In this document: piece after piece, positions 29,607-42,352 of the stretch | Layout: every line of letters begins with the position of its first letter | How positions within the stretch are numbered: position 1 is the first letter of the stretch | Assembly: GCA_964016885.1 (NCBI GenBank) | Contig: OZ024741.1 | Span: 19,654,001-19,718,000, forward strand | Direction of reading: 5' to 3' | Source: Eledone cirrhosa | Taxonomy: Eukaryota | Length of the DNA stretch: 64,000 nt | Position numbers and translations under genes: made by a program | Notes under the pieces: generated by a model | The model's database searches: none | Seen by the model: only the letters and a program-made list of their open reading frames with translations | Told to the model about the DNA's origin: nothing

Positions 29607-29978
29607 TATATATATATATATATATATATATATGTGGAAAAGGTAAACAGAAATAACAACACAATCGGTACAGTATATGGAAGGTATATATTAGGTTAAC
29701 GCAGGAAGAGGGTCTTAACGTTTCGGACGCTAGTCCTTCAGCGGAAGAAAGAATGAGAAATAAAATAGATTGAGGGGACGGGCGGGATGGAATTGGAAAA
29801 AATGTCCTTAGATAAAAATAACAGGTCCACTCATGTTGACATCTCTTGCAAAACTGTTGGTGCTGGCGTTGGTGCTGGTGTTTGTTAGAAAAGTGGATGA
29901 TGGAGCGCGTTTACCTGAAATGGAAGAAAAACCGTTTTGTAAAAAGAACTATACTTGAGCACGTGCGTAAGCATGAGG

Positions 29979-30093
<115 letters not shown>

Positions 30094-30094
30094 G

Positions 30095-30350
30095 GACCTC
30101 TGCCTGTCGTTTTCGACGACGCGTATTCGAGTTGTTAGATCAACTGAGCAGCCTGCTTGTGAAATTAACGTGCATATGGCTGAGTATTCCATAGATATGT
30201 GTATCCTTAACGTTACTCTCAGGGAGATTCAGTGTGACAGAGTGTGTAATGTGACTGACCCTTTTAATTACAGGAACAACTCATTTTCCCGAGCTGAGTG
30301 ATCTGGAGAAAAATGAAATAAATTGTCTTACTCAAGGGCACAACGTGTTC
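30095..30350 (-). mobile_element. SINE fragment with CORE-like body
   Basis: Shares the gctgagt..ctggag..gaaataaa..gtctt.ctcaagg.cacaacg block with family B. Confidence 0.6.
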
Positions 30351-30589
30351 CCAGAAATCGCACTCACGTGCTTTCTCTAAAGATGGATGGATATACTGTA
30401 ACATGAAGTCCATTATATACCTAATGTTTAGATCAGATGTTCTCAAAGTGGGCGCTACTGCCCCCCCCCCAGGTGTTGCGAATGTACAAGGGTGCGCTGG
30501 GGCCCAAGGAGTCGCTGGGGTCGGTAGATATGATATAATAGTATATTAAATATCAGATGATACATATTAATGAGATTGGTGTGGAAGTA

Positions 30590-30970
30590 AATGCCTGAAG
30601 ATCTGTCTCTTCGTTGCTGTAGTGGAGTATGTGCTGCTGTACGGGTCTGAGACTTGGACACTGACCAAGAAACTCACTCAGATGGTGGATGGGTGCTACA
30701 CGAGAATGCTGAGGATGGATCTGAACATTAATCAGTATACACTGAGGATGAAGAACTCAGATCTGTACGGGAGCCTCCCAAAAGTCAGCTCGAGAGTAGC
30801 ACAAAGGAGACTGAGGTTAGCTGGACATGCTCACCGAATACAGAGTTGACACTGCACTCAGTGCTCCTGTGGGAACCCCTACATGGACACACTGGAAGAG
30901 GGAGACCGAGGTTGACATATGTTGATGCCCTAAGGACAGACACTGGTCTCTTGGAGACGCAGGACATACC
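30590..30970 (+). mobile_element. RTE LINE 3' fragment
   Basis: VEYVLLYGSETWTLTK...DGCYTRMLR...RRLRLAGH. Confidence 0.8.
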
Positions 30971-31307
30971 AGAAATAATTAGGTGAGAACCTAATATTTA
31001 GATGATCACAACTAGGCCACTCTTGATGATTATAACTCTGCTTGACCAGAGCAGACCTGAGTCCAGAGACAAAGTTTACTCGATTATATTAACCCCAGTA
31101 ATTAGCTGGTACTATATTTTATTGAACACCAGAATGATGAAATGCAAAGTTGACCGTGAAGGGATTTGCTCAACATTACCTTTATATTGTACTCTAATGT
31201 TGCCAAAACCTTACAATTTAAAATTTTGAAAGGAATCGGGCAAGTTTATGTTCTATTTTCTGGCGTATTTAACTCTTTTGATAGTAAACTGCTTGGAACC
31301 TATAAGA

Positions 31308-31602
31308 CAGTCATGGGCAAACTGCGGTCCGTTTGGCTTTCTGAATGGCCTTATTTCAAAATTGCCTTGAATTTGTTAGTAATGTGGCCCACCTTGTTAT
31401 GAATCACATCCTATGTCTTTTCCTTTGATGGAGTCTAATAAGATTTTTAAATATTTTTGTCGTTTTAGTAATTCATCGCTGGTTTTGTGTTTTGTCCATA
31501 ATTTTCTCATAAATACTCTGTAGTATTCTATACACCCATATCCTAAAGGTTTAATAAACCACATGATGCGGCCAACTGCTCGAAAAAGGTTGCCCATGAC
31601 TG
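31308..31602. mobile_element. hAT/Charlie-like MITE with captured LINE fragment
   Basis: TIR cagtcatgggcaa/ttgcccatgactg; degenerate 8-bp TSD ctataaga/ctaaaaaa. Confidence 0.7.
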
Positions 31603-32329
31603 CTAAAAAATACGTATCAGGAGTGTCAGTATGAAATACGACATGTAAGGAATGTTAATAGACTCTATAACTTATCATTAGTGTCACTATGATATATGAC
31701 TTGTTAGAAATGTCAATAGGCTCTATGACATGTCAGGTGTCTCAGTATGAGATATGACATATCATTAGTGCCAATATGATATACGGCATGATAGGATTAT
31801 CAATAGGCTCTATGACATGTCAGGTGTCTCAGTATGAGATATGACATATCATTAGTGTCAATGGGAGGGATGACGTGTTAAGAATGTCAGAAGTGTGTAT
31901 GTGATGACATGAGTGTCAATACGACATATGGCATATGAGGAGTCTCAGTTGGAGATATGATAAACCAGAAGTCTCAATATGAAGTGTGAAAACTAACAAT
32001 CTCGTGCATGTAGATGATGTGTTGTTGTTACAGCTCACACCTATGCAGGATTAGCTGGCCTCCTCCAAGGTATATCTCGTTGGAGGTGTCTTGGGTAATT
32101 TAATGATAGGGACCCCAGTCCTATCATCTCATTTCTACAGCTGAGTAAACTGGAGCAACGTGAAACAACACATCACCCGGTCCGAGAATTGAACTCACAA
32201 CCTTTCGATTGCAAGCCCAATGCTCTAATCACAAAGCCATGCGTCTTCATGTCAGGAGTCTCAGTAGAAGATATGATAAACCAGAAGTCTCAATATGAGG
32301 TGGGAAAACTAACAATCTAGACGAGGGTG

Positions 32330-32960
32330 TCTTATTAATGTTTAACAGGGATGACATACAGAACTTTGTAACCACAGTAAAGGTTAAAGGAACGTTCAAT
32401 ATGAATATAAAATATTACAATTGAGGTGAATTCAATTGAACAGACACCAAAGATACTTGGGATGTATGCAATCGGAAAATAGAAGATATAAAGCAGAGAT
32501 CAAAAAGAAAGATTGAGATAGCTAGAAAGTAATATGTCAATCGTATTAAGATTAAATAATCGTTATATTGAAACCAGATGATAGATTATTGAAGTGTAGT
32601 TAAGTGTAGTTCACTATATGGAACTGACACATGGACATTGACAAAGGTTTTATTAAACCTTTAGGATATGGGTATATAGAATACTATAGAATATTTATGA
32701 GAAAATTATGGACAAAACACAAAACCAGCGATGAATTACTAAAACGACAAAAATATTAAAAAATCTTATTAGACACCATCAAAGCAAAGACCTACCATAT
32801 TTTGGACATCTAAATGAAAAAACTGGTTTACTGAGACATTTAATATAAAGTAAAATATTTCTAAAGGGAAAAAACAAGAAATACATTCATAGATAATATC
32901 AAGAATTGGACAGGCTTAAAATACAGTGAATGAATATATAAGGACAGAATAAAATCCTAC
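32330..32960 (+). mobile_element. Degenerate RTE LINE 3' fragment
   Basis: RYLG, LYGTDTWTLTK and YFGH remnants. Confidence 0.6.
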
Positions 32961-33123
32961 ATGGTGATACATAGTAATTCAATTTGCTGAGAGCAGACGA
33001 TATTTGATGATTATTATTATGATATTGCCGATTATATTATGATATCGTATAACAATGTTATTGGCAATAAGAATATAATATATGATATTGCATATGATAT
33101 ATTGCAATTGATATACACACAAC

Positions 33124-33299
<176 letters not shown>

Positions 33300-33351
33300 T
33301 GTCTACATGTATGTACACTTACATGTTTTTATATACATATATATATACGTA

Positions 33352-33384
<33 letters not shown>

Positions 33385-33632
33385 GTAGAAGTTCTATTTA
33401 AATTGTTGGGATACAACAAGCAAATATTGTTATAACTGATATAAAGCACTCAACAAATTATTGGAGTAAAAATACGATATATTAACAAATGGAAACTATA
33501 TTTATAAAACCATATTTATTTCATTATACATATTTCAAAGACACCAAGTTAAATTATGGTGTGCTTTCATCAGATAAAATATAATATAGATCAGTTTTAT
33601 AAATAAATATTGACATACCCTTAAAGAATGCG
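33385..33632 (-). mobile_element. Solo PLE 3' end with hammerhead (33517-33581)
   Basis: Near-identical to the 9216-9630 family; ends in (TA)n. Confidence 0.8.
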
Positions 33633-33654
33633 ACCATTTCTGTTGGAAGCTCCC

Positions 33655-33992
33655 GGTGGTGTTGGTGGTGGTGTTGTTGTTCTTGGTGGTGGTGGTGGTG
33701 GTGGTGTTGGTGGTAGTGGTGGTGGTGGTGGTGGTGGTGGTGATGGTAGTGGTGGTGTTGGTGGTGTTGGTGGCGGTGGTGGTGGTTGTGGTGGTGGTGG
33801 TGGTGGTGCTGTTGTTGTTGTTGTTGGTAGTGGTGGTGGTGTTGTTGTTGGTGGTGGTGGTGGTGGTGTTGGTGGTGTGGTTGTGGTGGTGGTGGTGGTG
33901 GTGGTGGTGGTGGTTGTTGTTGTTGTTGTTGTTGGTGGTTGTTGTTGTTGGTGGTGTTGGTGTTGGTGTTGGTGTTGGTGGTGGTGGTGGTG
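33655..33992. repeat. (GGT/GTT)n low-complexity tract
   Basis: Direct inspection. Confidence 0.9.
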
Positions 33993-35039
33993 GAGGATGT
34001 AAGAATCAGTAGAATGTTTGAGAAGATGGTAGCAGTGCAGCACTATTCTAAATTAGTTCAACAACTCTATGGTAGTGTAGTGTCTGCAGCCTTGACTTCA
34101 ATTACCACCAGGTCCCTTCCCTTGATATCATCCCTCTCGGTTAAACTACCAGTTCAATAATAATATTCTATATTCAAAGTATTAAGACCACCATCTTCTA
34201 CAAATCGTGTGAGTTGCACCAATCAAAGAGGAATGCTGAGTTTCTTATGCTTAGCTTAGGTATATCGAATCCCAAATATTTTAAAAGACAACTAAAAGTG
34301 TTGGCGCCAGGAAGGGAATCCAACTGTAATACATTGCTTTCAAAAGGACCCTATGATAAACAGACTTTAAGGGACTCAAAATTCTAGTCTCTGAAAACGG
34401 CCTGAGAATGCTACATCGATCAAGCAAGGACAGGAAAGGACAGGAAAGAAGCCGATGTTGCAGATTGGACCAAGGAAGCTATGTTTCCATTGGTTTTTCT
34501 ATTGTTGGGACTATCTGTCGGTCACAACTCCTCGCGGAAAAGTCCCAAGTCTCCTGGTAATATGTGATGAGATTTTATGACAAAACAGGCAGACCGGGAA
34601 GATGTACTTTCAAGCATTCTGTCGGGTGTTTTGACAATTTTACCAATCCCCAGGCCACATTACTGGGACTTCATCTAACAACACCGAAAAGATGTAAAGA
34701 TGAAAAGTTGATCTTAACGAAATTTAAACTCGGAGCACATATTCAGAACAAATAAAGATTCTGAAAGAATAATAACATCTGGTTATTGTTGTTAGTGGCT
34801 TTTCATCCTTCTCCAAGGATAGCAATTATACAATATGAACACATGGATACCAGTTGTACATTGGTGTAGAGATTTAATCACAATTACCTACCGTTATCTC
34901 ACCCAGAACAACAACTGACACTAGAAATCGATATATAATTAATTTATTGTATTAAAAATGTAGCAGATTTTTTAAAATACTTCAACAGAAATGTATTCTA
35001 AATTTTATTGTTACTATGAAACTATTACCAAAATAGGTG

Positions 35040-35460
35040 GCACCATTACAATCAGTAACATCGTCACCACCACCACGACCACCACCAGAACCACCACACC
35101 ACCGTCACCGCCAACACCACCACCACCACCACCACCACTAACACCGTCACCGTCACCACCAGAACCGCCAACACCACCACCACCACCACCACCACCAGAA
35201 CCGTCAACACCACCACCAGAATCGCCAATACCACCAGCACCACCAACACCACCAGTAACACCGTTACACCCCCCCCCCCCCCCCCCCACCAACAACAACA
35301 ACAACAACACCACCACCATCACCACCACCACCACCATCACAACCACCACCACCACCATCATCACCACCACCACCACCACCACCACCACCACCACTACCAC
35401 CACCGCCACCACCATCACCACCATCACCCCCACCAGCACCCCACCCCCACCACCACCATC
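35040..35460. repeat. (ACC/AAC)n low-complexity tract
   Basis: Direct inspection. Confidence 0.9.
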
Positions 35461-36355
35461 AACAAAAACAGTAACATAGCCACCAGCTTTACCACACTCG
35501 ATAAAAAAAGAACAAAACTTTTGTTACAATGACAATATATCTGAAAGGAATTAAATTGAATTGAATATCGGATATATATATATATGTGTGTGTGTATGTG
35601 TGTGTGTCTGTGTGCGTGTTTATGTATGTATGAATGAATGTCAGTATGTGTGTGTGTACATATATATATATATATATATATTTAATGTTGTGACAGTAAA
35701 CAGAAAACAAAAAAACGTGGAAGCGAAGAGGCAGTACAAATGTTATTAGTTTCACACTTGAGAGTGAGGGGTGGGGCGTTTCTGGCATAAGCCCTTCATC
35801 AAGAGAAAAGTGGGCAGGAAGAGAGTTCCGAGGGTGTGTGGGGGAGTGGGGGAAAGACATTAAAAAAATTATTTAAAAAAAGGGGGGGGGATTTTTTGGG
35901 AGAGTAAAAAAATGATATACTATATATTTAAGAGTGTGTGTGCTTGTATGTTTGTATAGACTAGACTATGATGGAAGCCATAGTTAATGAACAAGATGTC
36001 GGTTTTACATTGACACAAAAAGAATTAAGCGAAACCCACCAACTGTTATATGTGTTGTGATAGAGATTTTGATGACGTAGCTCATCCCAGTGAAATTGCT
36101 CTACACATACATGTTACCAAGACATATACCAACAGTATATGTCACTAAACCAACAAGATGGAAATCTTGTCACATTGGATGGCAAAATACTAAATCGAGT
36201 TTATAATGTCTTTATATTTGGGCAGCTTGATGTGTTTATCGAATAAAGACATTGACGTTATAACTTCCAAAGTCTGGGCTGCAATGAACAAAATGGAAAG
36301 GATGTGGAAGTCAGAGCTACCCAGAATAATCAAAATATCATACTTCAGAACATCT

Positions 36356-37580
36356 ATTGAGTCAGTGTTGTTGTATGAAACAGGTACATGGACCTTGTCA
36401 CAAGCAATTGAGTCAGTATTGTTGTATGAAACAGGTACATGGACCTTGTCACAAGCAATTGAGTCAGTATTGTTGTATGAAACAGGTACATGGACCTTGT
36501 CACAAGCAATTGAGTCAGTATTGTTGTATGAAACAGGTACATGGACCCTGTCACAAGCAATTGAGTCAGTGTTGTTGTATAGATCAGGTACATGGACCTT
36601 GACACAAGCAGTTGAGCCAGTGTTGTTGTATGAAACAGGTACATGGACCTTGACACAAGCACTTGGGTCAGTGTTGTTGTATGGATCAGGTACATGGACC
36701 ATGACACAAGCACTTGGGTCAGTGTTGTTGTATGGATCAGGTACATGGACCATGACACAAGCACTTGGGTCAGTGTTGTTGTATGGATCAGGTACATGGA
36801 CCATGACACAAGCACTTGGGTCAGTGTTGTTGTATGGATCAGGTACATGGACCATGACACAAGCACTTGGGTCAGTGTTGTTGTATGGATCAGGTACATG
36901 GACCATGACAAGCAATTGAGCCAGTGTTGTTGCATGAAACAGGTACATGGACCTTGACACAAGCAGTTGAGCCAGTGTTGTTGTATGAAACAGGTACATG
37001 GACCATGGCACAAGCACTTGGGTCAGTGTTGTTGTATGGAGCAGGTACATGGACCATGACACAAGCACTTGGGTCAGTGTTGTTGTATGGATCAGGTACA
37101 TGGACCATGGCACAAGCACTTGGGTCAGTGTTGTTGTATGGATCAGGTACATGGACCATGACAAGCAATTGAGCCAGTGTTGTTGCATGAAACAGGTACA
37201 TGGACCTTGACACAAGCAGTTGAGCCAGTGTTGTTGTATGAAACAGGTACATGGACCATGACACAAGCACTTGGGTCAGTGTTGTTGTATGGAGCAGGTA
37301 CATGGACCATGACACAAGCAATTGAGTCAGTGTTGTTGTATGGATCAGGTACATGGACCTTGACACAAGCACTTGAGTCAGTGTTGTTGTATGGATCAGG
37401 TACATGGACCATGACACAAGCACTTGAGTCAGTGTTGTTGTATGGATCAGGTACATGGACCTTGACACAAGCACTTGAGTCAGTGTTGTTGTATGGATCA
37501 GGTACATGGACCTTGACACAAGCACTTGAGTCAGTGTTGTTGTATAGATCAGGTACATGGGTCCTGGCACAAGCACTTGA
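36356..37580. repeat. 51-bp minisatellite, ~24 copies, with 253-bp higher-order duplication
   Basis: Unit attgagtcagtgttgttgtatgaaacaggtacatggaccttgtcacaagca. Confidence 0.95.
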
Positions 37581-37742
37581 GAAGCAACTAGATGGAGCAT
37601 ATACTAAAATGCTTAGGACTGTACAAAACATATACTGGCGTTAACGTATTACGAATGGAAGATTATACGGAATCTTGCCCAAGATAACAACTACACTTGC
37701 TTAAAGACAGTTACGATTTGGAAAACTATTCTGTAGAAGGAA

Positions 37743-38354
37743 GCAGGAAGTTATACACAAGTTACTATTGTGGGAATCAACTCAGGAATTATATACAAGA
37801 TACGATTATGGGAACTAACTCAGCAAGTTATACACAAGCTACTATTGTGGGAATCAACTCAGAAAGTTATATACAAGATACTATTGTGGGAATCAACTCA
37901 GGAAGTTATATACAAGACATGATTGTGGGAATCAATTCAGGAAGTTATACACCAGCTATAATTGTGGGAATCAACTCAGGAGTTATACACAAGTTACTAT
38001 TGTGGGAATCAACTCAGGAAGTATATGGAAGGTATGACTGTAAGAATCAACTCAGGAAGTTATATATAAGATACTATTGTGGGAATCAACTCAGGAAGTA
38101 TATGCAAGCTATGACTGTGGGAATCAACTCAGGAAGTTATATACAAGCTACTATTGTGGGAATCAACTCAGGAAGTTATATACCATATACTATTGTTGGA
38201 ATCAATTCGGGAAATTATACACAAGATACTATTGTGGGAATCAATTCAGGAAGTTATACACCAGCTACGACTGTGGGAATCAACTCAGGAAGTTATACAC
38301 CAGCTACGATTGTGGGAATCAACTCAGGAAGTTATATACAAGCTACAATTGTGG
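37743..38354. repeat. 39-bp minisatellite, ~16 copies
   Basis: Unit tactattgtgggaatcaactcaggaagttatatacaagc. Confidence 0.95.
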
Positions 38355-38889
38355 CAATCTCGCGGGAGATGCAGTAGAGGAAGATTTGCTTGAACCTTCA
38401 TCGATCAACTCTCAGACGATACAAACCTCAGTAGGGAGCAGTTGCCAAGACTTTGTCAAGAATGTTCGACTATGGTCGCAATGATGGTAGCGTGTGTATG
38501 TCGCCGAACGGCTCCGAAACGGTGCGGCGTCCTAGAGAAACATGGATTTAGTTTTCAAAATCAGCGTCTGAAGGAGATGGTTTGGTGATACATGCTGTTT
38601 CTTAATTCCGAAAAGAATAAATTTAAAAAAATAGAAAACAGTAACCCTATCAATCAGTGTTACTATGACAATGTAGTCTGGCTTTTAATGATCGTCTCTT
38701 GCATTCCTTTATGTGACTTTATTCCGTCCATGCTGTCAGCAGGTGGGGGCATTGTTTTCGCTATGAGGCAGAGGGTTGTCCTCACAGATGTCAGCCGATA
38801 TTTAGGTGAAGACGCTCAGGTTGAAGTACACAGCAACCCTAGACCACTTCAACAAACATCTCCATTGAAGACAATAATCACCCACACTC

Positions 38890-39405
38890 TATAAACAGCC
38901 TTCAGGTGTTTAATGTCAGTAGCATTATTGGTTTCTAATTCTATATCATTGTAAGTAGGTTCTTTATGCTTGTGTTGCCTGTATTTGTATGGCTGTGCGG
39001 TTTCTGATCTTCGGTTTAAACAGTTTCCTAAATTATGTTGTGTACTAATATAATTCGCGTACGTCCGGGATAAATTTGATTTTACTATTGAATCCGACAA
39101 CATCAAGGGCTTCGTTAGTATCCCGCGTATTCATTAAAGATGGCTTCATTTGCAGACAGCCATTCTAAGAGATACGACTTTTACAATATAGTTGATAATT
39201 GTGGGTGATTATTGTCTTTATTAATAGAAGTGAGGGTTTCGTTTAGTTTGAGAAAAGGTCTGAAGAGTTAAGAATTGAGGGTCATACCTAGGACTTTGGC
39301 AACCTTATAGTTTTGTTGGAAGGATATTTCTAGGCTCTTGCTTTTAAAGAATGATCTTATCACCTTTCTCTCCCGTTCAAGTTGCTGCTCGTTGAAATTT
39401 TATAC
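38890..39405 (-). pseudogene. Old Naiad-like PLE RT fragment
   Basis: Minus strand VLGMTLNS*LFRPFLKLNETLTSINKDNNHP resembles FLDVTLNLNSGLIKPFHKLNENLKYVNVGSNHP at ~12130. Confidence 0.55.
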
Positions 39406-39414
39406 CATTATTAG

Positions 39415-39608
39415 GGGCGGTGAATTGGCAGTATCGGTAGAGGGTCAGACGCCATGCTTTGCAGCGAAAGAGTTACGGCCTTTATGGTTTGAGTTCAAAT
39501 CCCGCCGAGGTTAACTTTGTCTTTCATCCTTACGGGGTCGATAAAATAAAGTACCAGTAATACACTGGGATAATTGTTCGCCTTGTGTCAAAAGTAGAAA
39601 CAATTATT
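39415..39608 (+). mobile_element. tRNA-derived SINE family A, full length
   Basis: A box tggcagtatcgg, B box gagttcaaatcc; other copies at 23740, 54510-54830 and 61847-61991. Confidence 0.8.
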
Positions 39609-40345
39609 AGGGTGTCGTCTATCCAAGGGCCTTGTTTCAGTGGGGTACCAAGGGACAAGTCCACCCACTTTTTCAAACGTTTATATTTTATTTTTTGTTT
39701 ATTTGATATAATCAATTCTTTTTAACCTATTTTTTTTATATCTGAACTTCATTTATGAATATATAAAATTTAATTAGCGTAAAATTTTACTTATGGGATA
39801 GGGGCCGGGAAAGGCACCATAAGCAATTTATGCTCCTTTAAGAACCAACAAATGTTGGTTTGTCCCCACAATATTTTAAAGGAAACAAGGCCCCTGCGTC
39901 TATTTATATACTACCGATTAAATGCGTGTATTTCTCTTTCAGTTTGTGCATAAGGTATATCGGGATGATTTCCGAAACCTGAATGAATCACTAGAGTCCA
40001 TGGTCACATCGAAGTTATTCCCCCTTTCATTACCTCTCAAGTATTCGTTTTCGAACTCAGTTTCAAACTATCTTGCTACTAATATTATTCTAGTGTCTTC
40101 TCTCATTAGATCCGTTCATTGCCAAGATTAAGGTTTTGTTGAGGAGAATTCGAGATATCGAGGAATAGTAGTCGTCTATGTCAAATTGAATGAATTCCGA
40201 TGTAGTTTTGATCTTTTCTCGAGTGAACCAGTCAAATACTTGGTCAGGATTACCCGAAAGATTGATTTTTAATATATCCTTTAATATACAGTATATTTTA
40301 TCTTCAATAAATCAATTCACGGTTGTATAAATAACATTACAAATA

Positions 40346-40798
40346 CTAGCAGAAAACCCACCTTTCGGGTGGTTTTCTGCTAGCATGTGTAGTGTGTATA
40401 TTGATATTATACACAAGTATATATACATGTAGATATGATACGTCAAATAAAATCGTAATTGACAATATACACAGAAATTGAAGAGAGGCTGTATTACACT
40501 GTCTTCTGTAATAATTAACGTAATCCATGATACATTAAAAAAATAGACGATATTATATATAAACTGCATTAGGAGAAAATTAGTGACGGAAATATATGAA
40601 TATTTATTTAAGCGATCGCTAACCGGAAGTGTTGACATTTGAAAATTATTTATATTTAATCAAGAATAACGAAAATTAGTAGATAAATTATGTAATATTC
40701 ATTCATTATTCATTCAAAGTAATCCAACTTATTTTACAAACGAGATAAAAAAAAATATATTCTGGACGCAGTCCCGCACTACTTTATTATAGTTTAGA
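40346..40798 (-). mobile_element. Non-autonomous Helitron, complete
   Basis: Minus strand A|TCTAAACTATAATAAAG ... hairpin ctagcagaaaacc..ggttttctg-CTAG|T; no TSD. Confidence 0.8.
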
Positions 40799-41191
40799 TT
40801 GATGGAAATTGTATCACTACTCCATCTAATATATTATTACTTATACGTCATCTGATTTAGAGGGACAGATAAGTCTTATTAATGGGTTAGTCACCAAGTC
40901 GCTTATATGATCTTTTAGGCTGAAAGTCGGTTGCCTAGGTTTGAAAGGTTTAGTACAGTTTGCAACTCTTAATTTATTGGCTATCGATATTCCTTGACTA
41001 TTGATTTCATTAATGATTATCTTATCTATAATTTGGTCTATCTGATGTGAGTCCTTTTCTGTGATGTTTATGTGTCAAAGACTCCAGAGTAAATATCTCC
41101 AGTTTATCTGCGAGGATGTCTTCCATTTCTAGTTTTTAGTTTATCTATATTTACTTAGAGATTCTTGTTTTCAGAATTTTAGTTTGCTGAC

Positions 41192-41286
<95 letters not shown>

Positions 41287-41299
41287 TGATTCATACAAA

Positions 41300-42352
41300 A
41301 TGAAAATTCGAACAATTCCAAAATGGAACAAATCCCTCAGAGACAGAAAGTTCTCATTCTGGAAGATGATGCAAAATCACAACAAAGCAGAGATATATGA
41401 AAAATGGCTTAACTCAACCCCTCTAACTCTCCACCGTAAACTACAAATAAAGTCCATTCCAAATGAACCTCAAAGACACCTTAGGGAAAGAATGGCATTG
41501 GAAAAAATGAAGACAGAAATTGAACTTCTTAAACTGAGGGCCCAGACAAATGAGGAAAAAATCAAAACCATCGATGAAGAGATCCTCCTGGAAATCAACA
41601 ACAAAACTGAAGGCCCCAAGGTAGAGAAGATCTCCAAATTATGGAAAGGGGACTGCAACAGAGAAGAACTGAAATCCCTTCAACGCTGAGAAAAAAGTGC
41701 CGCTTGGTTCCTACACTATGAATCGACTTTTCAAACGGATTACACCTCCAATAACCCGTTCATAAAAATAGGAAAACCCATAACTGAACCGCACAACAAC
41801 TTCTCAAACCCCCAAGCCTCTAACAAACGAAGAAGGAAGCACCACACCGAAGATGAACTTTCCAACCTCGCTACCATAAGAAGGAACAAAAACCCAAGAA
41901 ATCATCTCCCCCAGAATGACATTTACAACTTTCCCCCTTCAAGGAGACACCATACCAAATCACTCAACTACTACGCGGATGCCTCATCGTCAAACATAGG
42001 GAAAAGATACCACCACCATGATAGATGTAACAACTTCCCCGCTTCAAGGGGACAGCAAGGTAATTACCATTTTCTCAACTCTCGCTTCCACAATACACAA
42101 CAAACGCACACCACACGATACAACCAACAACGTAGGCCACTTATAACACCACAATACAACATGGCACATAGAAACACACACCCATACTCGCAGTACAGGA
42201 ACACCCCATTCAATCTACAACCACCAACCCGAACCACATTTTACAACAACAAGGAATATAACAAACACAGGAGACCACTTAATATCAGCAGACAACCCCT
42301 CTACCCCAACCATTTTTTAGACACAGCACACAGATACAGGCAAACAAAATAA
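41300..42352 (+). pseudogene. PLE upstream ORF1 (~350 codons; charged helical N-part, N/Q/H/R/Y-rich C-part) with one in-frame TGA
   Basis: ORFs 41300-41689 and 42161-42352 share a frame that is open throughout except TGA at 41687. Confidence 0.65.

Larger units (their letters stand above)
36180..38480 (+). mobile_element. RTE LINE 3' fragment expanded by two internal minisatellites
   Basis: YLGS, KVWAAMNKMERMWKS, IESVLLY..TWTL, LDGAYTKMLR, KLLLWE motifs. Confidence 0.85.

Noticed and set aside
33621-35479. Pro/Thr/Gly-rich ORFs resembling mucin or extensin
   Set aside because: Triplet repeats open in several frames on both strands; no signal peptide or exon context
36356-38354. CRISPR-like array or repeat-protein gene
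   Set aside because: No unique spacers and no cas genes; units derive from RTE LINE motifs
41687-41689. In-frame TGA as selenocysteine
   Set aside because: Context LQR*EKS is more simply a TGG-to-TGA mutation; no SECIS identified
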